A DNA stretch of 32,607 nucleotides from a virus (taxonomy: Duplodnaviria > Heunggongvirae > Uroviricota > Caudoviricetes). The notes beneath the pieces were generated by a model. That model was not told the DNA's origin and did no database searches. It worked only from the letters and a program-made list of their open reading frames with translations. The first letter of the stretch is position 1, and each line of letters starts with the position of its first letter. The stretch lies in the IMG/VR virus record IMGVR_UViG_3300044618_002782, positions 128,001 through 160,607 of that record. One strand, written 5' to 3'. This document shows, piece after piece, positions 20,141 through 28,349 of this stretch. Made by a program: the position numbers and the translations under genes.

Positions 20141-20826
20141 AACAGATCAACGGTTGGAATTTTCCAGCAGGAGACATAGGTCCTAGTACCTGGGCTGACT
20201 GTGAATGGGGAGAACCGATTCTCAACACCGTTATGTTTGAACAAATCTTGTTGGTGTTTGAGGGACGTGATCGAAAACATGCTTTAGACATCGGTGCTAA
20301 TATAGGCTATGTTACTTCCTGGCTAGGCAAACGTTGGCCGCGAGTGACCAGTTTTGAACCTACCCCAAACACTTATGAATGCTTGCAATTGAATTGTACA
20401 AGATCACACATACGTTTACATAATTTTGGGTTAAGCAATATCAATGGGAATCTTTGTTTTGCCATAAGCGATGCTAAACCTGATCAAAATCAAATAATTA
20501 CTGATGAAAGTAAATTACGTAAACATTGGGGAGTTACCCGTGTTCCGACTCGTAGATTAGATAGTTTTAATTTTAGTACGGTTGATTTTATTAAAATTGA
20601 TGTAGAAGGACACGAATACCAAGTGATACAAGGTGCTCTCAAAACTATACAGCGTTGCCGACCTGCTGTTGTTATAGAAATCAGTTATGAAGGGAAACTA
20701 CTGGATCATGATCTGTCGGCTGATCACAAAAAAACTGTGGGCTTGATAGAAAGCTTAGGTTATCAAACAGTTTGGCAACACAAGCATGATTGGTTATTGC
20801 TGCCCAACGATTGGTACAACAGATAA
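20125..20826 (+). CDS. FkbM family methyltransferase
   Basis: ATG 20125; LDIGANIG, SFEP, FIKIDVEGHE. Confidence 0.88.
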   Translation: MSDTIKQINGWNFPAGDIGPSTWADCEWGEPILNTVMFEQILLVFEGRDRKHALDIGANIGYVTSWLGKRWPRVTSFEPTPNTYECLQLNCTRSHIRLHNFGLSNINGNLCFAISDAKPDQNQIITDESKLRKHWGVTRVPTRRLDSFNFSTVDFIKIDVEGHEYQVIQGALKTIQRCRPAVVIEISYEGKLLDHDLSADHKKTVGLIESLGYQTVWQHKHDWLLLPNDWYNR

Positions 20827-20860
20827 AGCCCACTAAGTTAAAGGATACCTTTATAAACAA

Positions 20861-21673
20861 ATGAAGCACAATGTACCTGTATCACCAAAACAACAACACC
20901 AATTAGATCGACAACGTCACAGGGAGATGAAATATAACACGTCTGAATTGCCTGCCGTCGACTGTGCGTGTGTAATTCACGGCTCTGTGTATACATGGGA
21001 CTATGTAGAACGCTTGTATAGCATGCTGATCGCCAACAGCAGTAGAAAAATTCGCATGCACGTTTTTACTGAACCAGACCGAGTAGTACCGTCTTACATG
21101 ACCAAACATGTGCTGGAAGAGTGGCCGGGAATAAGCGGACCCAAGAAGTCCTGGTGGTACAAGATGCAGATGTTTGATTCAAACTATATTCCTGGACGTG
21201 TCTTTTATCTAGACCTGGATACAGTTGTGGTGGGCAATATTGATTGGATATGGGAGTTGAGCGATGACTATTTTTGGGCCATCCGAGACTTTAAATATCT
21301 GTGGCGCCCAGGTTGGCACGGACTCAACAGTAGTGTAATGACTTGGAATACTACCAAATTTGATTGGATATGGCGAGCGTTTTGCAAACAGGATATTGTG
21401 CTGTTATCTAAAAAATATCACGGTGATCAAAACTATTTAGATGCAGTGCTGACCGACAAACACTTGAGATTTATTCCCGACGGTGTGGCAAAAAGCTGGC
21501 GCTGGCAATGCAAGGATGGCGGCATGGATATGAAATCTCGTCAGTATCGTTCGCCAGGGTCGGGTACAAGTTTAGCACCAGACACTAAAATTGTAGTTTT
21601 TCACGGACATCCCAAGCCACACGAAGTAGCGGATCCCTTGATCAGCCAACTTTGGAAATTAACAAGCAACTAA
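20861..21673 (+). CDS. GT-A glycosyltransferase (GT8-like)
   Basis: WWYKMQMF, YLDLD, NSSVM, GDQ, VFHGHPKPH. Confidence 0.78.
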   Translation: MKHNVPVSPKQQHQLDRQRHREMKYNTSELPAVDCACVIHGSVYTWDYVERLYSMLIANSSRKIRMHVFTEPDRVVPSYMTKHVLEEWPGISGPKKSWWYKMQMFDSNYIPGRVFYLDLDTVVVGNIDWIWELSDDYFWAIRDFKYLWRPGWHGLNSSVMTWNTTKFDWIWRAFCKQDIVLLSKKYHGDQNYLDAVLTDKHLRFIPDGVAKSWRWQCKDGGMDMKSRQYRSPGSGTSLAPDTKIVVFHGHPKPHEVADPLISQLWKLTSN

Positions 21674-21687
21674 GTAACTGTCTAACA

Positions 21688-21705
21688 TGTTGTAAAAATA
21701 CAACA
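21688..21705. promoter_or_regulatory. 18-bp palindromic operator-like site TGTTGTAAAAATACAACA
   Basis: TGTTGTA/TACAACA inverted arms; degenerate copies at 21734, 21986, 22238 and 22652. Confidence 0.65.
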
Positions 21706-21711
21706 AAATTC

Positions 21712-21734
21712 AGCCCCGGTTTTGGGGCTTTTTT
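21712..21734 (+). terminator. Rho-independent terminator closing the glycan cluster
   Basis: AGCCCC-GGTTTT-GGGGCT followed by a T-run. Confidence 0.8.
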
Positions 21735-21816
21735 GTGGCTAAAACAGTACATTTTGGTAGACCAGAAACCGCCCAAATGCTATACTAGTTTTACAGTAAC
21801 AAAACAGGAGCTCAAA
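21734..21816 (+). promoter_or_regulatory. Early expression cassette 1 (palindrome, sigma70-like promoter, SD leader)
   Basis: TAGACC 21758-21763, 17 nt, TGcTATACT (-10 at 21781-21786), AACAAAACAGGAGC. Confidence 0.8.
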
Positions 21817-22008
21817 ATGACCAAGCAAGAATTAGGCGAGTTAGCAATGGAAATCCTCAACACAGCGGATACCAGCGGTCCTGACACAGAAGACGGCGTT
21901 ATCACTGTAGATTCCGACCTGTTGTTTCGCTACTACATTATGCGTGGTGTGGCTAACAGCGAAGCTAAAAAAGAAAGCAAAAAATTGTCGCATAAAAACA
22001 ACAGTTAA
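21817..22008 (+). CDS. Small hypothetical early protein (63 aa)
   Basis: True start ATG 21817 behind AGGAG; the C-terminus SHKNNS is encoded by the next cassette. Confidence 0.7.
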   Translation: MTKQELGELAMEILNTADTSGPDTEDGVITVDSDLLFRYYIMRGVANSEAKKESKKLSHKNNS

Positions 22009-22074
22009 CAAGTGGTAGACCAGTAATTCACTACCAGCTATAATGTTTATACAGTAACAAAACAGGAGCTCAAA
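21986..22074 (+). promoter_or_regulatory. Early expression cassette 2
   Basis: TGTCGCATAAAAACAACA; TAGACC 22016-22021, 17 nt, TATAAT 22039-22044; 29 nt identical to the cassette 1 leader/start. Confidence 0.85.
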
Positions 22075-22260
22075 ATGAGCGCAATTCTTAGAAAAGACAT
22101 TGGACGTGAGATCCTAGAGACACTTAGGGAATCTGCCAGAGAAGCCCTTCCGGATGCTACAGAAGCAGAACGTGAAGAAAGCATAGCCAAATTCCTAGGT
22201 ATTATGAGTGATGTAATGTTTGCTGGTCCAGCAAAAACGTCGCATAAAAACAACACATAA
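22075..22260 (+). CDS. Small hypothetical early protein (61 aa)
   Basis: Strong SD; C-terminus SHKNNT encoded by the next cassette. Confidence 0.7.
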   Translation: MSAILRKDIGREILETLRESAREALPDATEAEREESIAKFLGIMSDVMFAGPAKTSHKNNT

Positions 22261-22325
22261 AAAGTGGTAGACCGGAAATACCCAAATTGCTATAATGTAT
22301 ATACGCTAACAAAACGGGGTAAAAC
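22238..22325 (+). promoter_or_regulatory. Early expression cassette 3
   Basis: CGTCGCATAAAAACAACA; TAGACC 22268-22273, 17 nt, TATAAT 22291-22296; leader AACAAAACGGGGT. Confidence 0.85.
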
Positions 22326-22661
22326 ATGTTAAATGATAAAGATCTCAATAACAAGTCCGCAGGTCGCTTCTCGTTTGCTGCCGCAAGAGACGCTAATCGT
22401 TATAGCGATGAATGCCGCATGACGTTTACCCCTAGTCAACGTGCCTATGCAGAAACATTTAGAGATCTGCTGACGTTGGCATACAGTGCAAACGAAGTGT
22501 TTATTAACTTCCGCAAAACTATTATTAGCATTAAGCTCACTAAGCCTCAAGTGCGAGACCGCAAAATTGTACGCGAGCTCGATGAGCTTTGTGCAGAACG
22601 CGGCTATGTAAAAGCTCGTAGCGAGCAGGGCTTGCTGTACAAAATCCCAAAAGTTGCATAA
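22326..22661 (+). CDS. Hypothetical early protein (111 aa)
   Basis: ORF between cassettes 3 and 4; its stop lies inside the next palindrome. Confidence 0.75.
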   Translation: MLNDKDLNNKSAGRFSFAAARDANRYSDECRMTFTPSQRAYAETFRDLLTLAYSANEVFINFRKTIISIKLTKPQVRDRKIVRELDELCAERGYVKARSEQGLLYKIPKVA

Positions 22662-22740
22662 AAACAACACATAAAAAGTGGTAGACCGGTAATACAATAT
22701 CGGCTATAATGTACTTACACTAACAAAACAGGAGCAGTAA
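22652..22740 (+). promoter_or_regulatory. Early expression cassette 4
   Basis: AGTTGCATAAAAACAACA; TAGACC 22682-22687, 17 nt, TATAAT 22705-22710; 34 nt identical to cassette 3. Confidence 0.85.
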
Positions 22741-23760
22741 ATGACCCAAGTCCTAATCCGCAACGGCGTTTATCGCAATAAACCCGTACACAACGAAGTG
22801 TTTGAATTGGTCAAAGACTATACAGCCGGTGCTAAGGGTGGTTTTGTCACCATCGACAGCAAAGGATTTTTTGGACCCGAGTTTGGTATTGCTCGTGTCA
22901 AGGTAGACAGCATGGAAGACATTGAAATCCAAGGTGCTACAGCCACCACAGCGTCTGCTGTGAAAGCAGCACCTGTTCCAGAGGCTAGTGACGAAGAAGT
23001 CATGGCTCGTATCCGTGAGCGTTTTGAAATCCTAGACGAAATGACCAAGGCCGCTGTGGCCGGTGATGTCCGTGCCATGATTGTGTCGGGTCCTCCGGGC
23101 GTGGGCAAGAGCTACGGCGTGGAGAAAATTATCGAAGCTGCCTGTTTGTTTGACAAGATCTCTGGCAAGCGACTACGTGCTGAAGTGGTCAAAGGTTCAG
23201 CCACAGCATTGGGTCTGTACCAAACACTATACAAGTACAGCGACAAAAACTGTGTGCTGGTGTTTGATGACTGCGACAGCATCCTGTTGGATGACGTGGC
23301 CTTGAACTTGTTGAAAGGTGCCCTGGACTCAGGCAAGAAGCGTAAGATTTCGTGGTTGTCGGACAGCTCAGTGCTACGCCGTGAAGGTGTGCCAGACAGC
23401 TTCAACTTCAACGGTACAGTGATTTTTATTACTAATTTGAAGTTTGACAAGATGAAAAGCCAGAAACTGCGTGATCACTTGGATGCACTGCAATCACGCT
23501 GCCACTACTTGGACTTGACCTTGGACACCATGCGTGACAAGATCTTGCGTATCAAACAGATTGCCAACGACGGTCAGTTGTTTGAAGAATACGAGTTTGA
23601 CGCAGAAACGCAAGAGGAGATCATTGACTTCATGACGCACAACGCTACTCGCTTCCGTGAGATGAGCTTGCGTATGGCAATCAAGATTGCTGACTTGCGT
23701 AAGAGCTTTCCGCTCAAATGGAAGGCCATGACCGAAGTCACTTGTATGAAAGCAGCCTAA
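22741..23760 (+). CDS. AAA+ ATPase with an extra N-terminal beta domain
   Basis: GPPGVGKS Walker A, VFDDCD Walker B, IFITN sensor 1, ALQSR arginine finger. Confidence 0.85.
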   Translation: MTQVLIRNGVYRNKPVHNEVFELVKDYTAGAKGGFVTIDSKGFFGPEFGIARVKVDSMEDIEIQGATATTASAVKAAPVPEASDEEVMARIRERFEILDEMTKAAVAGDVRAMIVSGPPGVGKSYGVEKIIEAACLFDKISGKRLRAEVVKGSATALGLYQTLYKYSDKNCVLVFDDCDSILLDDVALNLLKGALDSGKKRKISWLSDSSVLRREGVPDSFNFNGTVIFITNLKFDKMKSQKLRDHLDALQSRCHYLDLTLDTMRDKILRIKQIANDGQLFEEYEFDAETQEEIIDFMTHNATRFREMSLRMAIKIADLRKSFPLKWKAMTEVTCMKAA

Positions 23761-23771
23761 GGAGTTAAACA

Positions 23772-23978
23772 ATGAACCAATCAATTCGCGAACTTGCTGA
23801 ACAGGCCGGATATGAAGCAGACTTGTTTGGTGTAGGGCATTGGAATATGCCCGAGTGTCAAAAGTTCGTTGAGTTGATTGTTCGGGAATGTGGCAACATT
23901 GCTTTTGAACATTGGGCTCTGACACACAGCAACTCACCTCAAGAGGCCATACTCAAACATTTCGGAGTTGAAGCATGA
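23772..23978 (+). CDS. Small protein, MNxxIRELAEQAG repeat family, unit 1
   Basis: SD GGAG; shares three blocks with the next ORF. Confidence 0.75.
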   Translation: MNQSIRELAEQAGYEADLFGVGHWNMPECQKFVELIVRECGNIAFEHWALTHSNSPQEAILKHFGVEA

Positions 23979-24211
23979 ATGAACGAATTCGAGAACTTGC
24001 TGAACAGGCTGGATTACCAAAGTATATCACACGAGAGATCGGTCCAACAATAATTCAAAAGTTTGCCGAATTATTGATCAAGGAATGTTATGAAAGTTGC
24101 CGAAGTCAGGTACTTGATAAAGAAACTGCTGACACAAACGAACTAACATATAATGATGCTGTCAGTGATTGTGCAATTGGGTTATTACAACATTTTGAGA
24201 TGATGGAATGA
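23975..24211 (+). CDS. Small protein, MNERIRELAEQAG repeat family, unit 2
   Basis: ATGA overlap; MNERIRELAEQAG / QKFAELLIKEC / LQHF blocks. Confidence 0.75.
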   Translation: MNERIRELAEQAGLPKYITREIGPTIIQKFAELLIKECYESCRSQVLDKETADTNELTYNDAVSDCAIGLLQHFEMME

Positions 24212-24261
24212 ACGAACGAATTCGAGAATTGGCAGATAGATTTTACCCGGATTGTCTGTAG
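24208..24261 (+). pseudogene. 17-codon stub of a third repeat-family unit (MNERIRELADRFYPDCL*)
   Basis: ATGA overlap and first 9 codons match unit 2, then it runs into a hairpin and TAG. Confidence 0.65.
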
Positions 24262-24323
24262 TAAACGCTCCTGTTTAGACAATCTGTTTGGGGCATCGTA
24301 GCAATACGGTGCCTCTTTTTTTT
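24233..24323 (+). ncRNA. Candidate 3'-UTR structured RNA displaying an anti-Shine-Dalgarno loop
   Basis: GATTGTC-tgtag-TAAAC-GCTCCT-GTTTA-GACAATC (24250-24284) followed by a terminator; GCTCCTGTTT is the reverse complement of cassette leader AAACAGGAGC. Confidence 0.4.
24290..24323 (+). terminator. Rho-independent terminator of the early operon
   Basis: GGGGCATCGTA-GCAA-TACGGTGCCTC (GNRA loop, two G-U pairs) followed by T8. Confidence 0.88.
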
Positions 24324-24350
24324 GACTTCTGTCTGCAAATAGTGTACTAT
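24322..24350 (+). promoter_or_regulatory. Sigma70-like promoter, probably leaderless
   Basis: TTGACT 24322-24327, 17 nt, TACTAT 24345-24350, ATG 7 nt later. Confidence 0.55.
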
Positions 24351-24357
24351 ATACATT

Positions 24358-25479
24358 ATGACCTTTTGCTATTCGCCATGGACCAATATTGACATCGACC
24401 CTAAGGGTAATATAGCTCCGTGCTGTAAGTTTCAGTTTGATAAAAATACAGAAAAATTTAACATTCAAACTCATACTATAAAACAATATTCAAAAAGCGA
24501 TTTTCTTCAACAAATTCGCAGCGAATTTATGCAGGGAAATTGGCCTGCTGGCTGTGAACGTTGTAAAATTGAAGAACAAAATAATATTGAAAGCAAACGA
24601 AACCTAGATAACACACGCTGGAAAGACCATTACAACCGATACAATTTAGACAGTAAAGAATTTATAACAGCAAGTATTGCATTTGGTAATACTTGCAATC
24701 TAAAATGCATAATATGCAGTCCGTATGCATCTAGTAAATGGCAAAAAGAGTACAAAACCATCTACGGAATTGATATTGCTCATAATAAGTTTTATAAAAA
24801 TAATTTTGTAAAAGATCTTGTCGAAGCTGCGCCAAATCTGATACATCTTGACATACCCGGAGGAGAACCATTGCTCAGTGGAGTGCCAGAACAAAAAGAA
24901 TTGCTTGGTTATTATATTCAATCTGGGAAGTCTCAAAATATGTCATTGCACTATACAACTAATGCCACTATATTTCCAGATCCGGAATGGTGGGAGATTT
25001 GGAGTTGTTTTCAAAATGTAGACATACAATTAAGTATAGATGCCATCGGTGATCGATACGAATATGTAAGATATCCAGCCAATTGGAAAACAACACTCCA
25101 CAATGTGGAACAATACATGCAGCGACAAAAAGATAACATCCAGTTAAGTATAAGTCATAGTGTAAGTGCCTATAATATATATTATCTTGACGAATTTTTT
25201 GAATGGTGCTATACTATGGGATTGCCGCGTCCTTGGATAGGGAGAGTACATACTCCTGCACATATGAGACCAAGTGTTTGGCATGATACTGCCCGCCAAG
25301 CCATTATAGATAAATTGTCACAAAGTCAATATTCGGATGTACATGCTTGGAAAGAGATGATTGCTAATTCTGATGATAGTGCATTATTTGAAACCTTTAA
25401 AAAATATCTACTACAACATGACCAATATCGTGGCACAAGTTTTGCTAAAGTATTTCCGGAACTAAACAAATACCTATGA
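24358..25479 (+). CDS. Radical SAM protein with N-terminal Twitch/SPASM-like domain (paralog of 632-1780)
   Basis: CYSPW...GNIAPCC...CERC, CNLKCIIC, GGEPLL. Confidence 0.9.
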   Translation: MTFCYSPWTNIDIDPKGNIAPCCKFQFDKNTEKFNIQTHTIKQYSKSDFLQQIRSEFMQGNWPAGCERCKIEEQNNIESKRNLDNTRWKDHYNRYNLDSKEFITASIAFGNTCNLKCIICSPYASSKWQKEYKTIYGIDIAHNKFYKNNFVKDLVEAAPNLIHLDIPGGEPLLSGVPEQKELLGYYIQSGKSQNMSLHYTTNATIFPDPEWWEIWSCFQNVDIQLSIDAIGDRYEYVRYPANWKTTLHNVEQYMQRQKDNIQLSISHSVSAYNIYYLDEFFEWCYTMGLPRPWIGRVHTPAHMRPSVWHDTARQAIIDKLSQSQYSDVHAWKEMIANSDDSALFETFKKYLLQHDQYRGTSFAKVFPELNKYL

Positions 25480-26252
25480 AATTATTAATTGCAGGATGTT
25501 CATATACTAACGGATGTGGCTTACCAGGAGAAAAAGATAATCCTAAAATTTGGCCCAATCAATTAGCCCAACGACTCAATGTTGATTCTATAACAAATGT
25601 TGCCAAGTCTGGTGCCAATAATCAAAAAATATTTTTAGAAACAATATCAGCAATGATTAAAAATCACTATGATCTAATACTAGTCTCGTGGTCAGTCATT
25701 GGTAGATTTAATTTCCATGTAGGATTAGAACGCTATCCAGTTGGAACATTATTAACAGATTCACACGATGTAAATATTGTTGGAGGCCAAACTATTTCAA
25801 AAAAATGGTTATTGGAAACAGGAGATCGTCTAAGAAAATTACATAACGACCATTGGGATTTATTGGAGTTAGTAAAGTATGTTAATGTGTTAGTTGGATT
25901 ACAAAAATCTTCCGGTGGTAAAATATTTTTTGTGAACGGTATTGGAAGTTGGTCTGATCAATATTTTGTTAAAAAACAAATTCAACTTCCGTCAGATCTT
26001 GACAGATACACCTACAATTTATTAGATGCAGACATGCGCGATGACGAAGAGATATTTGCATTGTACAACATGATACATCAACATTATAACGAATACGGCG
26101 GCATACAAGAAAATTTGTGGTTGAATCTATATCAATCATTGTTAAAGATGAAGATAGATTCAGTTAGTAATGATGATCTACATCCTGGAATATTAAGCCA
26201 GGACTTGTTTACTGATTTTTTGTATAAGCGCATAACTGAAAAAATAAAATGA
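25476..26252 (+). CDS. SGNH/GDSL-hydrolase-like protein
   Basis: IAGCSYTNG, NVAKSGANN, DDLHPG. Confidence 0.62.
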   Translation: MKLLIAGCSYTNGCGLPGEKDNPKIWPNQLAQRLNVDSITNVAKSGANNQKIFLETISAMIKNHYDLILVSWSVIGRFNFHVGLERYPVGTLLTDSHDVNIVGGQTISKKWLLETGDRLRKLHNDHWDLLELVKYVNVLVGLQKSSGGKIFFVNGIGSWSDQYFVKKQIQLPSDLDRYTYNLLDADMRDDEEIFALYNMIHQHYNEYGGIQENLWLNLYQSLLKMKIDSVSNDDLHPGILSQDLFTDFLYKRITEKIK

Positions 26253-27739
26253 CAACAGCAACCATAATCATACACGACGAAGTCAATATCAAGATTGAAG
26301 GCCTAGATCTTGATACTCGTCGCAAGCTGGTCAATCGATTCAAGTATCTGAACCCTGCTGCACGTTATCTACCTGCTGTAAGACTGGGACGATGGGATGG
26401 AAAAGTAGCTTACTTTCAATTGGGCGGCAGCACTTATGTAAACTTGCTGCCAGAAATTGTACCTATCTTAGAAGACGCTGGGTACGATATAGAACTAGAT
26501 GATCGTAGAACTTACAGCACTAAGTTTGAGTTTGCTGCAATGTCAGAAAACACGTTTAGTGATCGTGCGTGGCCCAAGGGACATGAACGAGAAGGGCAAC
26601 CCGTAGTACTACGTGATTATCAAGTGGAAATCATCAACGAGTTTCTTGCAAATCCTCAAAGCCTACAAGAAGTGGCAACAGGTGCCGGAAAAACACTTAT
26701 CACAGCAGCACTGAGCTGGCAAGCTGGTCACTACGGACGCACTATTGTGATTGTGCCCAACAAGAGTCTAGTAACACAAACTGAAATAGACTATCGTAAC
26801 TTGGGATTAGATGTTGGTGTTTACTTTGGTGATCGCAAAGAATGGGGCCGTCAACACACCATCTGCACTTGGCAAAGTCTAAACGTGTTGTTGAAGAACA
26901 CCAAGTCCGGCGAAGCTGATTGCACTATACAAGACTTTATTGAGGATGTGGTTTGTGTTATTGTAGACGAAGTACACATGGCCAAGGCTGATGCACTTAA
27001 AACTTTACTGACCGGAGTAATGGCTCATATTCCCATACGTTGGGGGCTGACCGGTACTGTGCCCAAGGAAGATTTTGAGTTTCAGTCACTGCATGTGAGC
27101 CTTGGTCCGGTAGTGGGGAGACTGCGGGCCAGCGAATTACAAGCACAGGGCGTACTTGCACAATGCCATGTAAATATTGTGCAACTGGTTGATCATGTTG
27201 AATACAAGGACTATCAAAGCGAATTAAAGTACTTGGTTACTACGCCGGAGAGAATTGATGCCATTGCTCGACTAGTTGATCGCATCAAAGATTCGGGCAA
27301 TACACTTATCTTAGTTGATCGAATTGAAACTGGCAAGATACTGCAAGCACATCTTAGCACACTGTTTAGCCTGCTGTCAGACCGACCCGATGTGGTATTT
27401 GTGTCAGGTGCAACCAAAGCTGCTGATAGAAAAGATGAATACGATGAAATTGCCACTAGTACCAACAAGATCATCATTGCCACTTACGGTGTGGCAGCAG
27501 TGGGCATCAATATACCGCGTATTTTTAACTTGGTCATGATTGAATCGGGCAAGAGCTTTACCAGAGTTATTCAAAGTATCGGTCGTGGAATTAGAAAAGC
27601 TGAAGACAAGGACCACGTGGAGATTTGGGACATTACAAGTACCTGCAAGTTTGCTCGTCGACACTTGACACGACGCAAGGCATTCTACAAAGAAGCAAAC
27701 TATCCTTTTAGTGCAGAAAAATTGGAGTGGCAAAAGTAA
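26249..27739 (+). CDS. uvsW: SF2 DNA helicase UvsW-like
   Basis: WDGK N-terminal motif, LRDYQ, ATGAGKT, DEVH, GLTGT, QSIGRGIR. Confidence 0.92.
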   Translation: MTTATIIIHDEVNIKIEGLDLDTRRKLVNRFKYLNPAARYLPAVRLGRWDGKVAYFQLGGSTYVNLLPEIVPILEDAGYDIELDDRRTYSTKFEFAAMSENTFSDRAWPKGHEREGQPVVLRDYQVEIINEFLANPQSLQEVATGAGKTLITAALSWQAGHYGRTIVIVPNKSLVTQTEIDYRNLGLDVGVYFGDRKEWGRQHTICTWQSLNVLLKNTKSGEADCTIQDFIEDVVCVIVDEVHMAKADALKTLLTGVMAHIPIRWGLTGTVPKEDFEFQSLHVSLGPVVGRLRASELQAQGVLAQCHVNIVQLVDHVEYKDYQSELKYLVTTPERIDAIARLVDRIKDSGNTLILVDRIETGKILQAHLSTLFSLLSDRPDVVFVSGATKAADRKDEYDEIATSTNKIIIATYGVAAVGINIPRIFNLVMIESGKSFTRVIQSIGRGIRKAEDKDHVEIWDITSTCKFARRHLTRRKAFYKEANYPFSAEKLEWQK

Positions 27740-28323
27740 TGGGACAAGTATTTAAACACGCAGTAAATTTTACAAAGAATATACAACCGTTTTCGGTGTT
27801 TGTAGAAATCGGCAGCGATCGATGGGAAGGCAGTACAGAATTTTTGGCCAACTTGGCAGCAGAACGCAATACTGTATTGCATTCTGTGGATATCAATTCT
27901 AGTGCCAGTGACAGGATTAACAATCCGTCTATTAAGTGGCATGTCGGATCTGGGTCAACTTGGTGTCAGCAGTATTCGGCTAATATAGGAAAACGTATAG
28001 GTTTACTGTACTTGGACAATTTTGATTATGACTGGGATATTAATCAAGTTAATAAAATGATACAAGATCAAAAAATTGAATACCTTAATAACTATGGTGT
28101 AACAATGAATAATCAAACTTGTCAAATCGAACACATGAAACAGATTATTGCATTAACGCCTTGGCTTGCTAGTCAGTGTATTGTTATGTTTGACGATACA
28201 TACCGTTATAATGATTGCTGGATTGGTAAATGTGGTCCTGCTGTTGTTTATCTATTGGCATTGGGATTTGAAATTGTCAGAGACGAAGAACGTGAATTCG
28301 GTATCATAATGATTCGTGGTTGA
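27739..28323 (+). CDS. SAM-dependent methyltransferase-like protein (paralog of 18717-19352)
   Basis: TAATG-coupled ATG 27739; FVEIGS, SVDIN, LLYLDN, MFDDT, GKC. Confidence 0.65.
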   Translation: MGQVFKHAVNFTKNIQPFSVFVEIGSDRWEGSTEFLANLAAERNTVLHSVDINSSASDRINNPSIKWHVGSGSTWCQQYSANIGKRIGLLYLDNFDYDWDINQVNKMIQDQKIEYLNNYGVTMNNQTCQIEHMKQIIALTPWLASQCIVMFDDTYRYNDCWIGKCGPAVVYLLALGFEIVRDEEREFGIIMIRG

Positions 28324-28349
28324 CTTTAGTAATTCATTTATTGTATAAT
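28320..28349 (+). promoter_or_regulatory. Sigma70-like promoter, probably leaderless
   Basis: TTGACT 28320-28325, 18 nt, TATAAT 28344-28349, ATG 6 nt later. Confidence 0.6.

Noticed and set aside
20839-20853. Hairpin TAAAGG-ATA-CCTTTA masking a possible SD before 20861
   Set aside because: Weak AT-rich 6-bp stem with no matching late promoter geometry; likely chance
21652-21816. N-terminal extension of ORF 21652..22008 in the ORF track
   Set aside because: It runs through a terminator and promoter; ATG 21817 with AGGAG is the credible start
21688-22740. CRISPR-like array from the regularly recurring repeats
   Set aside because: Units are ~90-bp promoter/RBS cassettes separated by 190-340-bp ORFs, not 25-45-bp repeat-spacer units; no cas genes
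24106-24486. Minus-strand ORF spanning the hairpin/terminator, and AAACAGGAGC as a minus-strand RBS
   Set aside because: The ORF is antisense to real genes with no motif, and no start codon follows the SD-like sequence at usable spacing
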